Below, in pieces: positions 8,559-18,378 of a DNA stretch of 32,000 bases. Position 1 is the first letter of the stretch; the number at the start of each line of letters is the position of its first letter. Made by a program: the position numbers and the translations under genes. The notes under the pieces were generated by a model. It was not told the DNA's origin, searched no databases, and saw nothing but the letters and a program-made list of their open reading frames with translations. This DNA is from Trichlorobacter lovleyi SZ (GTDB lineage: Bacteria > Desulfobacterota > Desulfuromonadia > Geobacterales > Pseudopelobacteraceae), in contig NC_010814.1 in the NCBI RefSeq assembly GCF_000020385.1, forward strand, positions 1,020,001 through 1,052,000, given 5' to 3'.

Positions 8559-9893
8559 TTAGTCGGCAGCGGTCAGTAGCACTGCCTTCAGTTTTTTGGG
8601 AGTCAGCCCGCGAAGCGCCTTGTAGAGGCCGGAGGGAGTCGGTTCAAAGGCGATGACCGCCAGGCCGAGTTCCCGGATCAGATCACGGGGGGTCAGGTTG
8701 TCAAGGAAACAGCCTTCCCCTTCCTTCAGCATCACCTCCGGAATCAGCAGCAGCTGGCCCGGTTGTTTGTCCCTTAGCTCAGCAATGATATCTCTGCCGC
8801 TTACCAGGCCGGTCACGGTAACGCTGGCGCCGAACAGCTGGTTGGGGATGGCTGCACTGGTCAGCTGACAGCCGGTTTTATCACTCAGCTCCGCCAGAAA
8901 ACGGTCCACAAAGCCGACTGCAGACTGGCCGGTGACAACGGTTGCGCGAATGGACGGTAACGGTCTTGCCCGCTTCAGCACAGCTGAGGCATCCTTTAAA
9001 AACCAGGCTACCATGCCGACCCCGTTTTCCCACTGGGGCAGGTCGCCGTACTCCTTCAATGCAGGTATAGGATAATTGGCCTTCAGAAAGAACTCGTCCG
9101 CCAGTTGCAGAAAGGCGTCACCAAGCTGTCTGTTGAGGTGGCGCATGCGGGGCAGCCAGTGGTCCAGAAACGCTGCAGCATAGCTCCTGTCAACGGGAGT
9201 CAGCTCGGGCAGACGCTGACGATGTTCGGTCAGCCCCACCGGCACTACGGCCAGAGAACGGACTGCCGGGTAGAGTGCGGCCAGCTCCTGTACGGTCTGC
9301 TCCAGCACGGGTCCGTCGTTGACAGCGGGGCAGAGCACCACCTGGGTATGCATTTCGATCCTGGCCCGGGCCAGCTCTTTCAGCTGCTCCAGGATTGGCG
9401 GAATGTTGCTTCTGCCCAGCAACCGTTCACGCACCGCCGGATCAACGGCATGGACCGAGATGTAAAGGGGGGAGAGACGCTGTGTGACGATCCGGCGCAG
9501 CTCCGTCGCCTTCAGATTGCTGAGGGTGACGTAGGTGCCCTGCAGGAACGAGAGCCGGTAGTCTTCATCCTTGACATACAGGGGACGCCGCAACCCTTTG
9601 GGGAGTTGATGCACAAAGCAGAAGATGCAGTTGTTGCCGCAGCGCTTCGGTTCCGGCGGGGCAAAGGTCAGACCGGGCGGCTCCCCCGGGTCGGGTTCAA
9701 GCAACACGATCCGGTTGCTGCCGTCTTCTGTTGCAATGGTCAGCTCAGCCGGGTCATCGCTGGCCAGCCAGCTGTAGTCGATCAGATCCCGCAGCCGGGT
9801 GCCGTCAATCTCCAAAAGCCGTTGACCGGGCAGCAGCCCGGCCCGGTCGGCCGGAGAGCCGGGTTCAACTGTCTCTATCAGTAATCCCTGCAT
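8559..9893 (-). CDS. PDZ domain-containing radical SAM protein (DUF512 family)
   Basis: N-terminal PDZ (VEPGSPADRAGLLPGQRLLEIDG) followed by the radical SAM cluster motif CGNNCIFC (CxxxCxxC). The length and layout are typical of DUF512 proteins. Confidence 0.8.
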   Translation of the reverse strand: MQGLLIETVEPGSPADRAGLLPGQRLLEIDGTRLRDLIDYSWLASDDPAELTIATEDGSNRIVLLEPDPGEPPGLTFAPPEPKRCGNNCIFCFVHQLPKGLRRPLYVKDEDYRLSFLQGTYVTLSNLKATELRRIVTQRLSPLYISVHAVDPAVRERLLGRSNIPPILEQLKELARARIEMHTQVVLCPAVNDGPVLEQTVQELAALYPAVRSLAVVPVGLTEHRQRLPELTPVDRSYAAAFLDHWLPRMRHLNRQLGDAFLQLADEFFLKANYPIPALKEYGDLPQWENGVGMVAWFLKDASAVLKRARPLPSIRATVVTGQSAVGFVDRFLAELSDKTGCQLTSAAIPNQLFGASVTVTGLVSGRDIIAELRDKQPGQLLLIPEVMLKEGEGCFLDNLTPRDLIRELGLAVIAFEPTPSGLYKALRGLTPKKLKAVLLTAAD

Positions 9894-9959
9894 GGTAAAC
9901 CGTTTTTTCTACTGTAAGGTAAGCAGTGGAGGGCGGTGAGGTTCCGTCCGCCCTGGCTG

Positions 9960-10190
9960 TCAGGGGTGATGGTGCAGGCGGAAGGTGCCGTCAACCGAGG
10001 TGATGGTGGCAATGGCATGCTTGTAGATCAGGATATCCCCGCCGGTGTCCAGCAGCAGCGAAAAGTTGTCAAATGACTTGATATGACCCTCCAGGGCCTC
10101 TCCCGACATCATGCGGACAACCACCTTGACACGCTCTTTGCGGGACTGGTTCAGGTACTGGTCCTGGATATTGAAGGGGGCTTTGGACAT
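9960..10190 (-). CDS. hfq: RNA chaperone Hfq
   Basis: Sm1/Sm2 signatures: QDQYLN, VKVVVRMMSGEALEGHIKSFDNFSLLL, IYKHAI. Located downstream of miaA as in the classical mutL-miaA-hfq operon. Confidence 0.95.
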   Translation of the reverse strand: MSKAPFNIQDQYLNQSRKERVKVVVRMMSGEALEGHIKSFDNFSLLLDTGGDILIYKHAIATITSVDGTFRLHHHP

Positions 10191-10205
10191 AATCTTCTTT
10201 CTCCT

Positions 10206-11123
10206 TTAGGCGAAGAACGTGGCTGCAGCAGAATGGATAGTAGCAGAGTTTTCCGGATATGCAACCCACTGCATTGCGGGTTCGCTTCTGAACCAGGTCA
10301 ACTGGCGTTTGGCAAAGTGACGGGTATTGCGCTTGATCAGCCTGACCATCTCGTTGTGATCGTACTCACCCTGCAGGTGGGCCAGCACCTCTTTGTAGCC
10401 GATGGCCTGCAACGGCTTGCAGTCTGCCGGTACACCGGATTGCAGTAATCCCTGTACCTCGGCCACCAGACCGGCTGCAAGCATGGCATCTACCCGGTCA
10501 TCAATCCGTTGGTACAGCTCCGGGCGAGGCAGATCAAGGCAGAACTGCAGGCTGTCGTAGGGGCTATCGGCAAAACCGTGCTCTGCCTGAAACTGTGACA
10601 GCGGAATGCCGGTGGTCTGAAAAACCTCCAGGGCGCGGATAATCCGGTTGCGGTTGTTGGGATGCAATCGCTGTGAGGTATCCGGGTCTACCTTGGCCAG
10701 CTCTGCCAGCAGAGTTTCTGCACCCTCGCACTCCAACCGCTTTCGCAGTGTCTCCCGCAGGACCGGATCTTCCCCCGGCGCATCATTCAGTCCCCGCAGC
10801 AGTGCACGCAGGTACAGGCCGGTACCGCCGGCCAGGATCGGCCGCTTGCCCCGCTGGCAGATAGCGGCAATGGCCGCTTTTGCAGCAAGCTTGAAGTCAG
10901 CAGCGGTAAACGGTTCGGTTGGCTCGCGGATATCCAGCAGGTGATGGGGGATCTGCCGCTGTTGCTCTGCGGTCGGTTTGGCACTGCCGATATCCAGGCC
11001 GCGGTAGACCGTCAGGGAGTCGGCGCAGATGATCTCTCCGTCCAACGCCACAGCCAGATCAAGGGCCAACGCTGATTTACCCGATGCCGTGGGGCCGGCA
11101 ATGACCAGTACACGGGGCTTCAT
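10206..11123 (-). CDS. miaA: tRNA dimethylallyltransferase
   Basis: P-loop GPTASGKS. Motifs DSLTVYRGLDIGSAKP and HHLLDI. The ATG overlaps the mutL stop (ATGA at 11120-11123). Confidence 0.95.
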   Translation of the reverse strand: MKPRVLVIAGPTASGKSALALDLAVALDGEIICADSLTVYRGLDIGSAKPTAEQQRQIPHHLLDIREPTEPFTAADFKLAAKAAIAAICQRGKRPILAGGTGLYLRALLRGLNDAPGEDPVLRETLRKRLECEGAETLLAELAKVDPDTSQRLHPNNRNRIIRALEVFQTTGIPLSQFQAEHGFADSPYDSLQFCLDLPRPELYQRIDDRVDAMLAAGLVAEVQGLLQSGVPADCKPLQAIGYKEVLAHLQGEYDHNEMVRLIKRNTRHFAKRQLTWFRSEPAMQWVAYPENSATIHSAAATFFA

Positions 11124-12889
11124 GGCCGGTTGAAGAACTTTTCCAGTTCTCGCAGGGTGATCTCATGGGAGACCGGCCGGCCATGGGGACAGTGTGCCGA
11201 GAAATCGGTACGGTCCATCGCCCTCAGCAGTTCCTCCATCTGACGGCGCTCCAGAGGATGGCTGCCGCGTACCACGCTGTGGCAGGCCACCCGGGCCAGC
11301 AGTTCATCCCTGAGCTGGTCAAAGTGTGCATTACTGCCCTGTTCAGCCAGTTCTGCCAGCAGGTCGCGCAGCAGGCGGCAATGATCCTGTTCTGCCACAA
11401 TCCGGGGTACGGCATTGATCCGCCAGGTCTGGCCGCCAAACTCCTCCAGCTCGAAGCCCAGCGGTTCCAGAATGTTCAGGTAGCGACGGACCGTGTCAGC
11501 TTCGCTAAAGGACAGTTCCAGGGTGTCCGGCAGCAGCAGCCGTTGGGATTCTATGCCGCCGGTTGCAAATCCGGCCTTCAGTTGTTCAAATCTGACCCGT
11601 TCATAGGCCGCGTGCTGGTCAATGATCACCAGGCGATCCTCTGCCTGGCAGAGGATATAGGCGGCGCGGAACTGACCGATGACACTCAGGCCGGAAAAAT
11701 AGCCGGAGGTCGGTTCGGAGGCGGCCGGCGGTTCTGGCGGGCGATAGGGCTCAGGCTGTTCGTATATCCGGGGGGGCGCAACCGGCGTTGCAGCCATGAA
11801 GCGGTCAAGGGCATGCTGCACCCCTTCCCGGTGTGAGGATGGCGGGGGAGTGGTATACGGCCGTGCCGGCTCGGGCCGCTGTGGAGCTTCACGGCGTTGC
11901 AGCCAGGGGGAGTCGCGCAAGACCTCCTCCAACACCCCCTGGATGGTGTCGTGGACCTGGGCCTGGCGCCGGAAGCGGACCTCATGCTTGGTGGGGTGGA
12001 CATTGACATCCACCTCACCGGCAGGCAGCTCGATAAACAGCGCAACCAAGGGGTAACGCCCTTTTTCAAGGATCGGGCGGAAGGCCTGCATGATGGCATG
12101 CTGGATGACCTTGTCCCTGACAAAACGGCCGTTGATGTAGGTGAACATGGCCGAGGTGGTTGAGCGGGCTGCTGCAGGAGGCGCCAGATAGCCGCTGATG
12201 CGTGCTGCCGCCGTCTCTCCGTCCACCGGGAACAGGGTGGCATCCCGTGCCGCCAGCTTCAGCAGACGCTGGCGCAGGTCGCCGGGAACAACCCGCAGCA
12301 GCTCGCGTCCGTCATGATAATAACTGAAGGAGACATCGGGACGGGAGATAGCCATGCGGACCATCAGATCCCCCACATGGGCCGCCTCGGTTTCGGCGCT
12401 GCGCAGGAATTTCAAGCGGGCCGGGGTGTTGAAGAAGAGCTGCTCCACGGTCAGGTCAGTGCCCACGGCCATGCCGCAGGCTGTAACCGAGCGAACCGTC
12501 CCGCCTTCAGCGGTAATCTCGGTCCCTTCTATGCTGCCGGCTTCACGGCTCTTCAGACGCAGGCGGGAAACCGAGGCGATGGAGGGCAGCGCTTCACCCC
12601 GGAAACCCAGGGTTAGAATGGTTTCAAGATCCTGGTCCGACCTGATTTTGCTGGTGGCGTGACGCTCCAATGCCAGCAAGGCGTCCTCGCGTGACATGCC
12701 GTGGCCGTTGTCGCTGACCCTGATCAGGCGTCGTCCTCCGGCACTGATTTCCAGCCGGATGTCGGTCGCACCGGCATCCAGAGCATTTTCAATCAGCTCC
12801 TTGACCACCGAGGCAGGGCGTTCAACCACCTCTCCGGCGGCTATCTTGTTGGCAAGGGATTCAGAAAGGATACGTACGTGCGGTGCCAC
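11120..12889 (-). CDS. mutL: DNA mismatch repair protein MutL
   Basis: GHKL ATPase N-terminus LANKIAAGEVVERPASVVKELIENALDAGAT. Pro-rich linker. C-terminal dimerisation/endonuclease-type region with a CPHGRP motif. Confidence 0.96.
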   Translation of the reverse strand: MAPHVRILSESLANKIAAGEVVERPASVVKELIENALDAGATDIRLEISAGGRRLIRVSDNGHGMSREDALLALERHATSKIRSDQDLETILTLGFRGEALPSIASVSRLRLKSREAGSIEGTEITAEGGTVRSVTACGMAVGTDLTVEQLFFNTPARLKFLRSAETEAAHVGDLMVRMAISRPDVSFSYYHDGRELLRVVPGDLRQRLLKLAARDATLFPVDGETAAARISGYLAPPAAARSTTSAMFTYINGRFVRDKVIQHAIMQAFRPILEKGRYPLVALFIELPAGEVDVNVHPTKHEVRFRRQAQVHDTIQGVLEEVLRDSPWLQRREAPQRPEPARPYTTPPPSSHREGVQHALDRFMAATPVAPPRIYEQPEPYRPPEPPAASEPTSGYFSGLSVIGQFRAAYILCQAEDRLVIIDQHAAYERVRFEQLKAGFATGGIESQRLLLPDTLELSFSEADTVRRYLNILEPLGFELEEFGGQTWRINAVPRIVAEQDHCRLLRDLLAELAEQGSNAHFDQLRDELLARVACHSVVRGSHPLERRQMEELLRAMDRTDFSAHCPHGRPVSHEITLRELEKFFNRP

Positions 12890-12967
12890 AGAAATGCCAC
12901 TCCATCTACCAGCGAAAAAGAGCGGGGAAGCCCCGCTCGGAAAAAGTAGCCGCCTGTCCGGTACGGA

Positions 12968-13525
12968 CTATTTCTTTTCAGAACCGTCCAGATCGCCAAA
13001 GAGGCTGTTAAAATCATCATCATCGGTCTTTTTTGCACTGGCTGGCGTGGCCTCGCCCGGCTGACCGGGGGTCGGGGTGTCATCCCAGGAAAAACTGTTC
13101 ATCTCAAAACCTTGTGTGGCTGGCTGCTGGGCTGCCGCAGCCGGTTTCTGCGGCTCAGGGGGGCTGTTCAGCAATGCTGCAAAAGGGTCCTGAGGGGCAC
13201 TGGCCGGGGTGTCAAACGAGAAGGGTGACGGAGCCGCCGGGGGGTCGTCAAAGGAAAACGGTGAGCTGGCTGCTGCCGGAGCCGGGGAGACAGGCTGCTG
13301 GGTGGTGGGCAGATCAAAGGTAAACATGTCACCGGCAGTATCCGCTGTATTGTCCCCTTCGGTCTGGCTGAGCCCCAGGCCGCCTGCCATCTCTGCACGC
13401 AGGGAGGGAGGGAGGATTACAGGGGTCAAACCATGGCTCTGTTTGAACTCAACCAGGTCGGCAGAACATTTGCGACAGGAATCGTAGCTTTCAAAGCTGG
13501 TATAACCGCATTTAGGACATCTCAT
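12968..13525 (-). CDS. Zinc-ribbon protein with a long Pro/Ala-rich disordered tail
   Basis: The start is taken at MRCPKCGY (ATG 13525) behind the SD AAGGAGGG; the longer 13579 start would overlap rsmE. CPKC...CRKC zinc ribbon. The remainder is low complexity with repeated FTFD/FSFD/FSFD/FSWD motifs. Confidence 0.65.
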   Translation of the reverse strand: MRCPKCGYTSFESYDSCRKCSADLVEFKQSHGLTPVILPPSLRAEMAGGLGLSQTEGDNTADTAGDMFTFDLPTTQQPVSPAPAAASSPFSFDDPPAAPSPFSFDTPASAPQDPFAALLNSPPEPQKPAAAAQQPATQGFEMNSFSWDDTPTPGQPGEATPASAKKTDDDDFNSLFGDLDGSEKK

Positions 13526-13550
13526 CTGGTGTACCCTCCTTGGTGCAGCT

Positions 13551-14300
13551 CTAGATATCTCCCCACTTATACTGCACAATTGCAGTCATGGCAAGGGCAG
13601 CTGTTTCGGTGCGCAGAATCCGTTCTCCCAGGGTGACCGGTGTAAAGCCCCAGAATGAAAAGGCCTCTGCCTCGCCCGGTTCAAAGCCCCCTTCAGGGCC
13701 GATGGCAATCGCAATCCGTGCCGGACGGGGCATCCCCTCCAGAACCTCCCGCAGCGGGGTCGGTGCCCCCCGTTCCCAGAGCAGCAGTTTCAGTTCTGCG
13801 TTGGCAGCACCGGCTGCTGCTGCTGCCGCTGAGGGATGCCAGGCAACCGTTGGCTGATCAAAACGTTCTGATTGGCGGGCTGCCTCGGCCACAATCCGGT
13901 TCCAGCGCTCAATCCGGCCCTGCAGCTTGTCACCGGCCAGTTTAGGCACTGAACGATCCGCCCTGAAGATGGAGAATTCGCTTACCCCCAGTTCGGTCCC
14001 TTTTTGCAGCACCAGCTCGATCTTTTCTCCCTTGGGCAGCCCCTGAATCACCGTGATGGCCGGGGCATCGGGAAACTGGGATGCCTCAAGGGTCTCGGTC
14101 AGGCGTACCGCGGTCCACTCCTGGGTAACCTGATCGATCACTCCCAGATGACGCCGGCCCTGTTCATCAATCAGCATTACCTCGTCGCCTGATCTGAGCC
14201 GCAGCACCCGTGCCATGTGGTGATGCTGGGGGCCGTCATAGGAGGCGTAGCCATCGCGGATGCTGCGGGAGCTGACAATAAAGCGGCGTCGTCCGCTCAT
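13551..14300 (-). CDS. rsmE: 16S rRNA (uracil1498-N3)-methyltransferase
   Basis: N-terminus RRRFIV, PUA-like domain, and C-terminal SPOUT motif IGPEGGFEPGE ... LGERILRTETA. The ATG at 14300 overlaps the prmA stop (ATGA). Confidence 0.9.
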   Translation of the reverse strand: MSGRRRFIVSSRSIRDGYASYDGPQHHHMARVLRLRSGDEVMLIDEQGRRHLGVIDQVTQEWTAVRLTETLEASQFPDAPAITVIQGLPKGEKIELVLQKGTELGVSEFSIFRADRSVPKLAGDKLQGRIERWNRIVAEAARQSERFDQPTVAWHPSAAAAAAGAANAELKLLLWERGAPTPLREVLEGMPRPARIAIAIGPEGGFEPGEAEAFSFWGFTPVTLGERILRTETAALAMTAIVQYKWGDI

Positions 14301-15214
14301 GGCAGCCTCCGGTAGTGCAGGCAGCGCCATTCTCCTGCTGCCAGAGAAGCCTCGAAGCTGAGCGGAAACGGATCAAAGCCGTTGCGGACCAGCGCTTCCC
14401 GTTCCGCCAGGATGCCGGAAAGGATCAGGCTGCCGCCGGGTGCCATACGGCTGACAATGCCGGGGGCCATTCTGACCAGCTCTTCTGCCAGGATATTGGC
14501 CAGGATGATCCGGTAGCCGTCCCCCAGTTGTTCAAGTGGTGTGGTGCTGCAGCTGATCCGGTCAGCCACCTTGTTCAGGGCGCAGTTTTCCTCGGCAACG
14601 ATGACCGCCTGGGGATCAATATCAACGGCATCGATTTGCAAAGCCCCCAGTTTTGCTGCAGCAATGGCCAGGATGCCGGAGCCGGTTCCCAGGTCCAGGA
14701 TCTTGATCTGTTCCAACTGCTCAGGTGGCGGTACCAGCAGGCCTTCAAGGCACTCCAGACAGAGCCGGGTGGTCTCATGGCCGCCGGTGCCGAAGGCCAT
14801 GCCGGGGTCAAGTACGATGACGGCCCGTCCTTCGTCCTGACGGCCTGTTTCCCATGAAGGGGTGATCAGCAGGCGCTGCCCGATAGCGAGCGGTTTGAAG
14901 TGTGCCTTCCAGGAACTGGCCCAGTCTTCTTCACCCAGCAGGGAGACCCGGGGCGGTGCTGCCGGTATGTAGCCGGGCAGGGCGGCAAGAAAACCGGTGA
15001 TCTGTGCCAGCTGTTGTTCGATCCGGCAAGGGAGGCTGAAGTAGCAGGTGATCTGGGAAATGGCCAGCTCGGGAATATCGTCCGGTGAAAAGCTGTCAAC
15101 ATCCCGGTTTTCCGTGCAGACTCCACAGCCGGAGAGGTCAGCCAGGTAGTCAGCCACGGTTTCGGCAAGCTGGGCTGGAACGTCACAGGTGACTTGGTAC
15201 CATGTTGCAGCCAT
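14297..15214 (-). CDS. prmA: Ribosomal protein L11 methyltransferase
   Basis: SAM-binding motif ILDLGTGSGILAIAAAKLGA, DPGMAFGTGGHETT, and PrmA-type N-terminus MAATWYQV. The ATG at 15214 is preferred over the longer 15313 start. Confidence 0.93.
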   Translation of the reverse strand: MAATWYQVTCDVPAQLAETVADYLADLSGCGVCTENRDVDSFSPDDIPELAISQITCYFSLPCRIEQQLAQITGFLAALPGYIPAAPPRVSLLGEEDWASSWKAHFKPLAIGQRLLITPSWETGRQDEGRAVIVLDPGMAFGTGGHETTRLCLECLEGLLVPPPEQLEQIKILDLGTGSGILAIAAAKLGALQIDAVDIDPQAVIVAEENCALNKVADRISCSTTPLEQLGDGYRIILANILAEELVRMAPGIVSRMAPGGSLILSGILAEREALVRNGFDPFPLSFEASLAAGEWRCLHYRRLP

Positions 15215-15306
15215 GAATAGAACCTCAAGGGGCAGGTGATTGGCGGAGTATACCGCAGAAGTGGGCAGAACGTAGCAGAACAGGGGTGCTCTTACAACAA
15301 AAAACC

Positions 15307-15335
15307 TTGACAAATCAATAGGGGGTAACTAGCTT
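15307..15335 (+). promoter_or_regulatory. Candidate promoter upstream of the PpsR-like gene
   Basis: Perfect -35 TTGACA (15307-15312), 17-nt spacer, weak -10 TAGCTT (15330-15335). A small palindrome aagatc-tgcc-gatctt (15355-15370) lies downstream. Confidence 0.3.
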
Positions 15336-15387
15336 TCATTAGAAATTAACCATAAAGATCTGCCGATCTTAACCGAGGTTGCCGGCC

Positions 15388-16197
15388 ATGAAAAAAATCT
15401 ATGTACTCTCCGATTCCACCGGCGAAACTGCCGAGCGGGTTGTCCGTGCCGCTCTGTCCCAGTTTGGCGGCAGTGATGTGCGGATTGTCCGTCTGGCAAA
15501 GGTCTGCAACCAGCAGGAGGTGCAGCAGGCGGTTGCCACGGTGACGGCGGATGAAGGCCTGCTGGTCTATACCCTGGTGGATTCATCCCTGGCGGTTGCC
15601 GTGCATACCATTGCCGAAGAGCATGGTCTGATGGCGTTTGACCTGCTCTCGCCCCTCTTGCACAGTCTTTCTGTTTTTCTGGGTACTGTGGCCCAATCCA
15701 CCCCCGGTCTGCTGCATCAGATCGATACCGATTATTTCCGCCGCATGGAGGCGGTCAACTTTACGGTCAAGCATGATGACGGCCAGGAGAACCGCGGCCT
15801 GGTTAAGGCAGATCTGGTGCTGGTGGGAGTCTCCCGCTCATCCAAGACCCCGCTTTCCATGTATCTGGCCAACAAAGGTTACAAGGTGGCCAACGTACCG
15901 CTGGTAAAGGGGATTGATCCGCCGGAGGAGCTGGAGGCGATTGACCCGTCCAAGGTGGTCGGTCTGTTGATCAGCCCCAAACGTCTGGTGGAGATCCGTA
16001 CCTCCCGGCTGGTAAACATGGGGCAGAGCATGAAAAACAGCTATGCCGATTATGAGAAAGTGGAAGATGAGATCGCCTTTTGCCGTCAGTACTACCGCAG
16101 GCACCCCGGCTGGCTGATTATCGATGTGACCTGCAAGTCCGTTGAAGAGTCCGCCTCAGAGATCCTGCGGCGCCTGGTGGGACAGTTTGCAGAATAA
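15388..16197 (+). CDS. Bifunctional kinase/pyrophosphorylase of the PEP synthase / pyruvate-phosphate dikinase regulatory protein family (DUF299, PpsR/PDRP-like)
   Basis: N-terminus IYVLSDSTGETAE. P-loop-like VGVSRSSKTPLSMYLA. Length is ~270 aa. The ATG at 15388 lies 9 nt after GAGG. Confidence 0.88.
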   Translation: MKKIYVLSDSTGETAERVVRAALSQFGGSDVRIVRLAKVCNQQEVQQAVATVTADEGLLVYTLVDSSLAVAVHTIAEEHGLMAFDLLSPLLHSLSVFLGTVAQSTPGLLHQIDTDYFRRMEAVNFTVKHDDGQENRGLVKADLVLVGVSRSSKTPLSMYLANKGYKVANVPLVKGIDPPEELEAIDPSKVVGLLISPKRLVEIRTSRLVNMGQSMKNSYADYEKVEDEIAFCRQYYRRHPGWLIIDVTCKSVEESASEILRRLVGQFAE

Positions 16198-16222
16198 ATA
16201 CCATTACCGTTTTGGGGGAAAC

Positions 16223-16894
16223 ATGCGGATCTTAGTGGTTGAAGATGAAAAGAAGGTGGCAGCCTTTATCAAGCGGGGACTTGAGGAGGAAGGGTATCAG
16301 GTTGATGCCGTGCATGATGGCGAAGAGGGGGTCCGTCAGGCACAGGAGCAGCCCTATGACCTGCTGATCCTTGATGTGATGCTGCCCAGCAAGGATGGCC
16401 TCAGCGTGGTACGGGAACTGCGTCAGGCCGGTACGGTGATGCCGGTGTTGATGCTGACGGCCCGGGACACCACCGATGATATCGTGGCCGGCCTGGATGC
16501 CGGGTCTGATGACTACCTGACCAAGCCGTTCGCCTTTGCCGAACTGTCGGCCCGGGTGCGGGCTCTTGCCCGGCGGATCGGTCGTGACCGCGGCGCAGAG
16601 CTGGTGGTGGCGGACCTGCGGATGGATCCGCTTTCACGCAAGGTCTGGCGTGGCGACAAGGAGATCGAGCTGACCATCAAGGAGTACGGGCTGCTGGAGT
16701 TCCTGATGCGCAATGCCGGTACGGTGGTCACCCGCAATATGATTGCCGAGAAGGTCTGGGAGCATTCTTTTGAATCCTTTACAAATATTATCGATGTATA
16801 TGTCAATTATGTGCGTAAAAAGGTGGATAAAGGCTTTGATCGCAAACTGATACACACGGTGCGCGGTCAGGGCTATACCCTCAAGGCAGAGTAG
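16223..16894 (+). CDS. OmpR/PhoB-family response regulator (CopR/CusR-like)
   Basis: Receiver domain MRILVVEDE ... LLILDVMLP ... LTARD ... KPF. Winged-helix output domain LTIKEYGLLEFLM ... IHTVRGQGYTL. Confidence 0.92.
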   Translation: MRILVVEDEKKVAAFIKRGLEEEGYQVDAVHDGEEGVRQAQEQPYDLLILDVMLPSKDGLSVVRELRQAGTVMPVLMLTARDTTDDIVAGLDAGSDDYLTKPFAFAELSARVRALARRIGRDRGAELVVADLRMDPLSRKVWRGDKEIELTIKEYGLLEFLMRNAGTVVTRNMIAEKVWEHSFESFTNIIDVYVNYVRKKVDKGFDRKLIHTVRGQGYTLKAE

Positions 16895-16920
16895 CTGTCT
16901 TGCACCATGATGGAGGTTAG

Positions 16921-18306
16921 ATGATGAAAGTAAGACATGTGGTAATTATCTGTATGCTGGCGGTTGCAACCCTGTTTACCCTGACCACGCTCCAGGCTGA
17001 GGCAAAACCGGTCAGCCCGGATTTTGTTGAGCTGTCCAAACGTCTGAAACCAACAGTGGTCAACATTCGTACAACCAAAAACATCAAACCAAGGGCCGGC
17101 AGTCCGTTCATGGGTAGTGATCCGTTCGCGGATCTGTTCGGGCAGTTCTTCGGCCAGCAGGCGCCGCAACAACCCCGTAAGCAGCAGGGGATGGGAACCG
17201 GTTTCATCATCAGTGCCGACGGCTTTATCCTGACCAACAACCATGTGGTCAACGGTGCTGACGAGATCATGGTCAAACTTTCCGATGGCCGTGAGATCAA
17301 GGCGGAGCTGAAAGGGCTGGATGACAAGCTTGATGTGGCCCTGCTCAAGATCAGCGACAAGGCGGTCCTGCCGTTTGCCGAACTGGGGGACAGCGATGCC
17401 CTGGAAGTCGGCGAGTGGGTCATGGCAATCGGTAACCCGTTCGGTCTGGCCCATACCGTGACCGCCGGGATCGTCAGTGCCAAGGGGCGGGTGATCGGTA
17501 GCGGTCCCTATGATGACTATATCCAGACCGATGCCTCCATCAACCCCGGCAACTCCGGTGGACCGCTCTTCAGCAGCAGCGGCAAGGTGATCGGGATCAA
17601 TACCGCTATTATTGCCAATGGCCAGGGAATCGGCTTTGCGATCCCGATCAATATGGCCAAGTCGGTTGCCGAACAGCTCAAGGCTACCGGCAAGGTGGTG
17701 CGGGGCTACCTGGGGGTCAATTTTGACAGGTTGAGCCCGAAACTGGCCAAGTCACTGGGGCTGGCTTCTGATAAAGGGGTGATTGTCACCCATGTTGAGA
17801 AAGGCTCACCTGCTGATAAAGCCGGTCTCAAGATAGAGGATGTAATCGTCCAGTTTGATGGTAAGCCGGTGAATGCTGAGACCGATCTGCCCAAGGTGGT
17901 GGCCGGTACCCCGGTGGGCAAGCAGGTCCAGATTGTGGTCTTCCGCAAAGCCAAACGTCTTGTCCTTTCAGCGACGGTCGCACAGGGACGCTCCGGCAGT
18001 ACCGTCGGCGAACCGGCCACTGCCAGCATCGGCATCAGTGTACGTGAGCTGACCCCTGAGCTGGCCCGCCAGCTTGGTCTGAAGGATGCAAAAGGACTGG
18101 TCGTCTCCGAGGTAAAACCCGGTTCCTCCGCCGATGAGGCCGGTATGGTGCGGGGAGACCTGGTGCTGGAGTTCAACGGGCAGCCGGTTGACAGCCTGGA
18201 AGGGTTTGCCGCACTGGCGGCAAAGGTTGCCAAAGGTGAGGTGGTGCGTCTGTTGCTGCGCCGCCCGGATGGTAGTTTCGGGTATGTTGCTGTAACAGCG
18301 GAGTAA
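16921..18306 (+). CDS. htrA: Periplasmic serine endoprotease DegP/DegQ/HtrA with two PDZ domains
   Basis: Signal peptide. Catalytic triad context TNNHVV, DVALLKI, GNSGGPLF. Two PDZ segments (GSPADKAGLKIEDVIV and GSSADEAGMVRGDLVL). SD GGAGG lies 6 nt upstream. Confidence 0.95.
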   Translation: MMKVRHVVIICMLAVATLFTLTTLQAEAKPVSPDFVELSKRLKPTVVNIRTTKNIKPRAGSPFMGSDPFADLFGQFFGQQAPQQPRKQQGMGTGFIISADGFILTNNHVVNGADEIMVKLSDGREIKAELKGLDDKLDVALLKISDKAVLPFAELGDSDALEVGEWVMAIGNPFGLAHTVTAGIVSAKGRVIGSGPYDDYIQTDASINPGNSGGPLFSSSGKVIGINTAIIANGQGIGFAIPINMAKSVAEQLKATGKVVRGYLGVNFDRLSPKLAKSLGLASDKGVIVTHVEKGSPADKAGLKIEDVIVQFDGKPVNAETDLPKVVAGTPVGKQVQIVVFRKAKRLVLSATVAQGRSGSTVGEPATASIGISVRELTPELARQLGLKDAKGLVVSEVKPGSSADEAGMVRGDLVLEFNGQPVDSLEGFAALAAKVAKGEVVRLLLRRPDGSFGYVAVTAE

Positions 18307-18378
18307 CCGGCAACGGTGCCAGATGAGTGGTTTCCGGGGCGGCGTGATTACGTCGCCCCGTTCTTTTACGAGGTAGCC

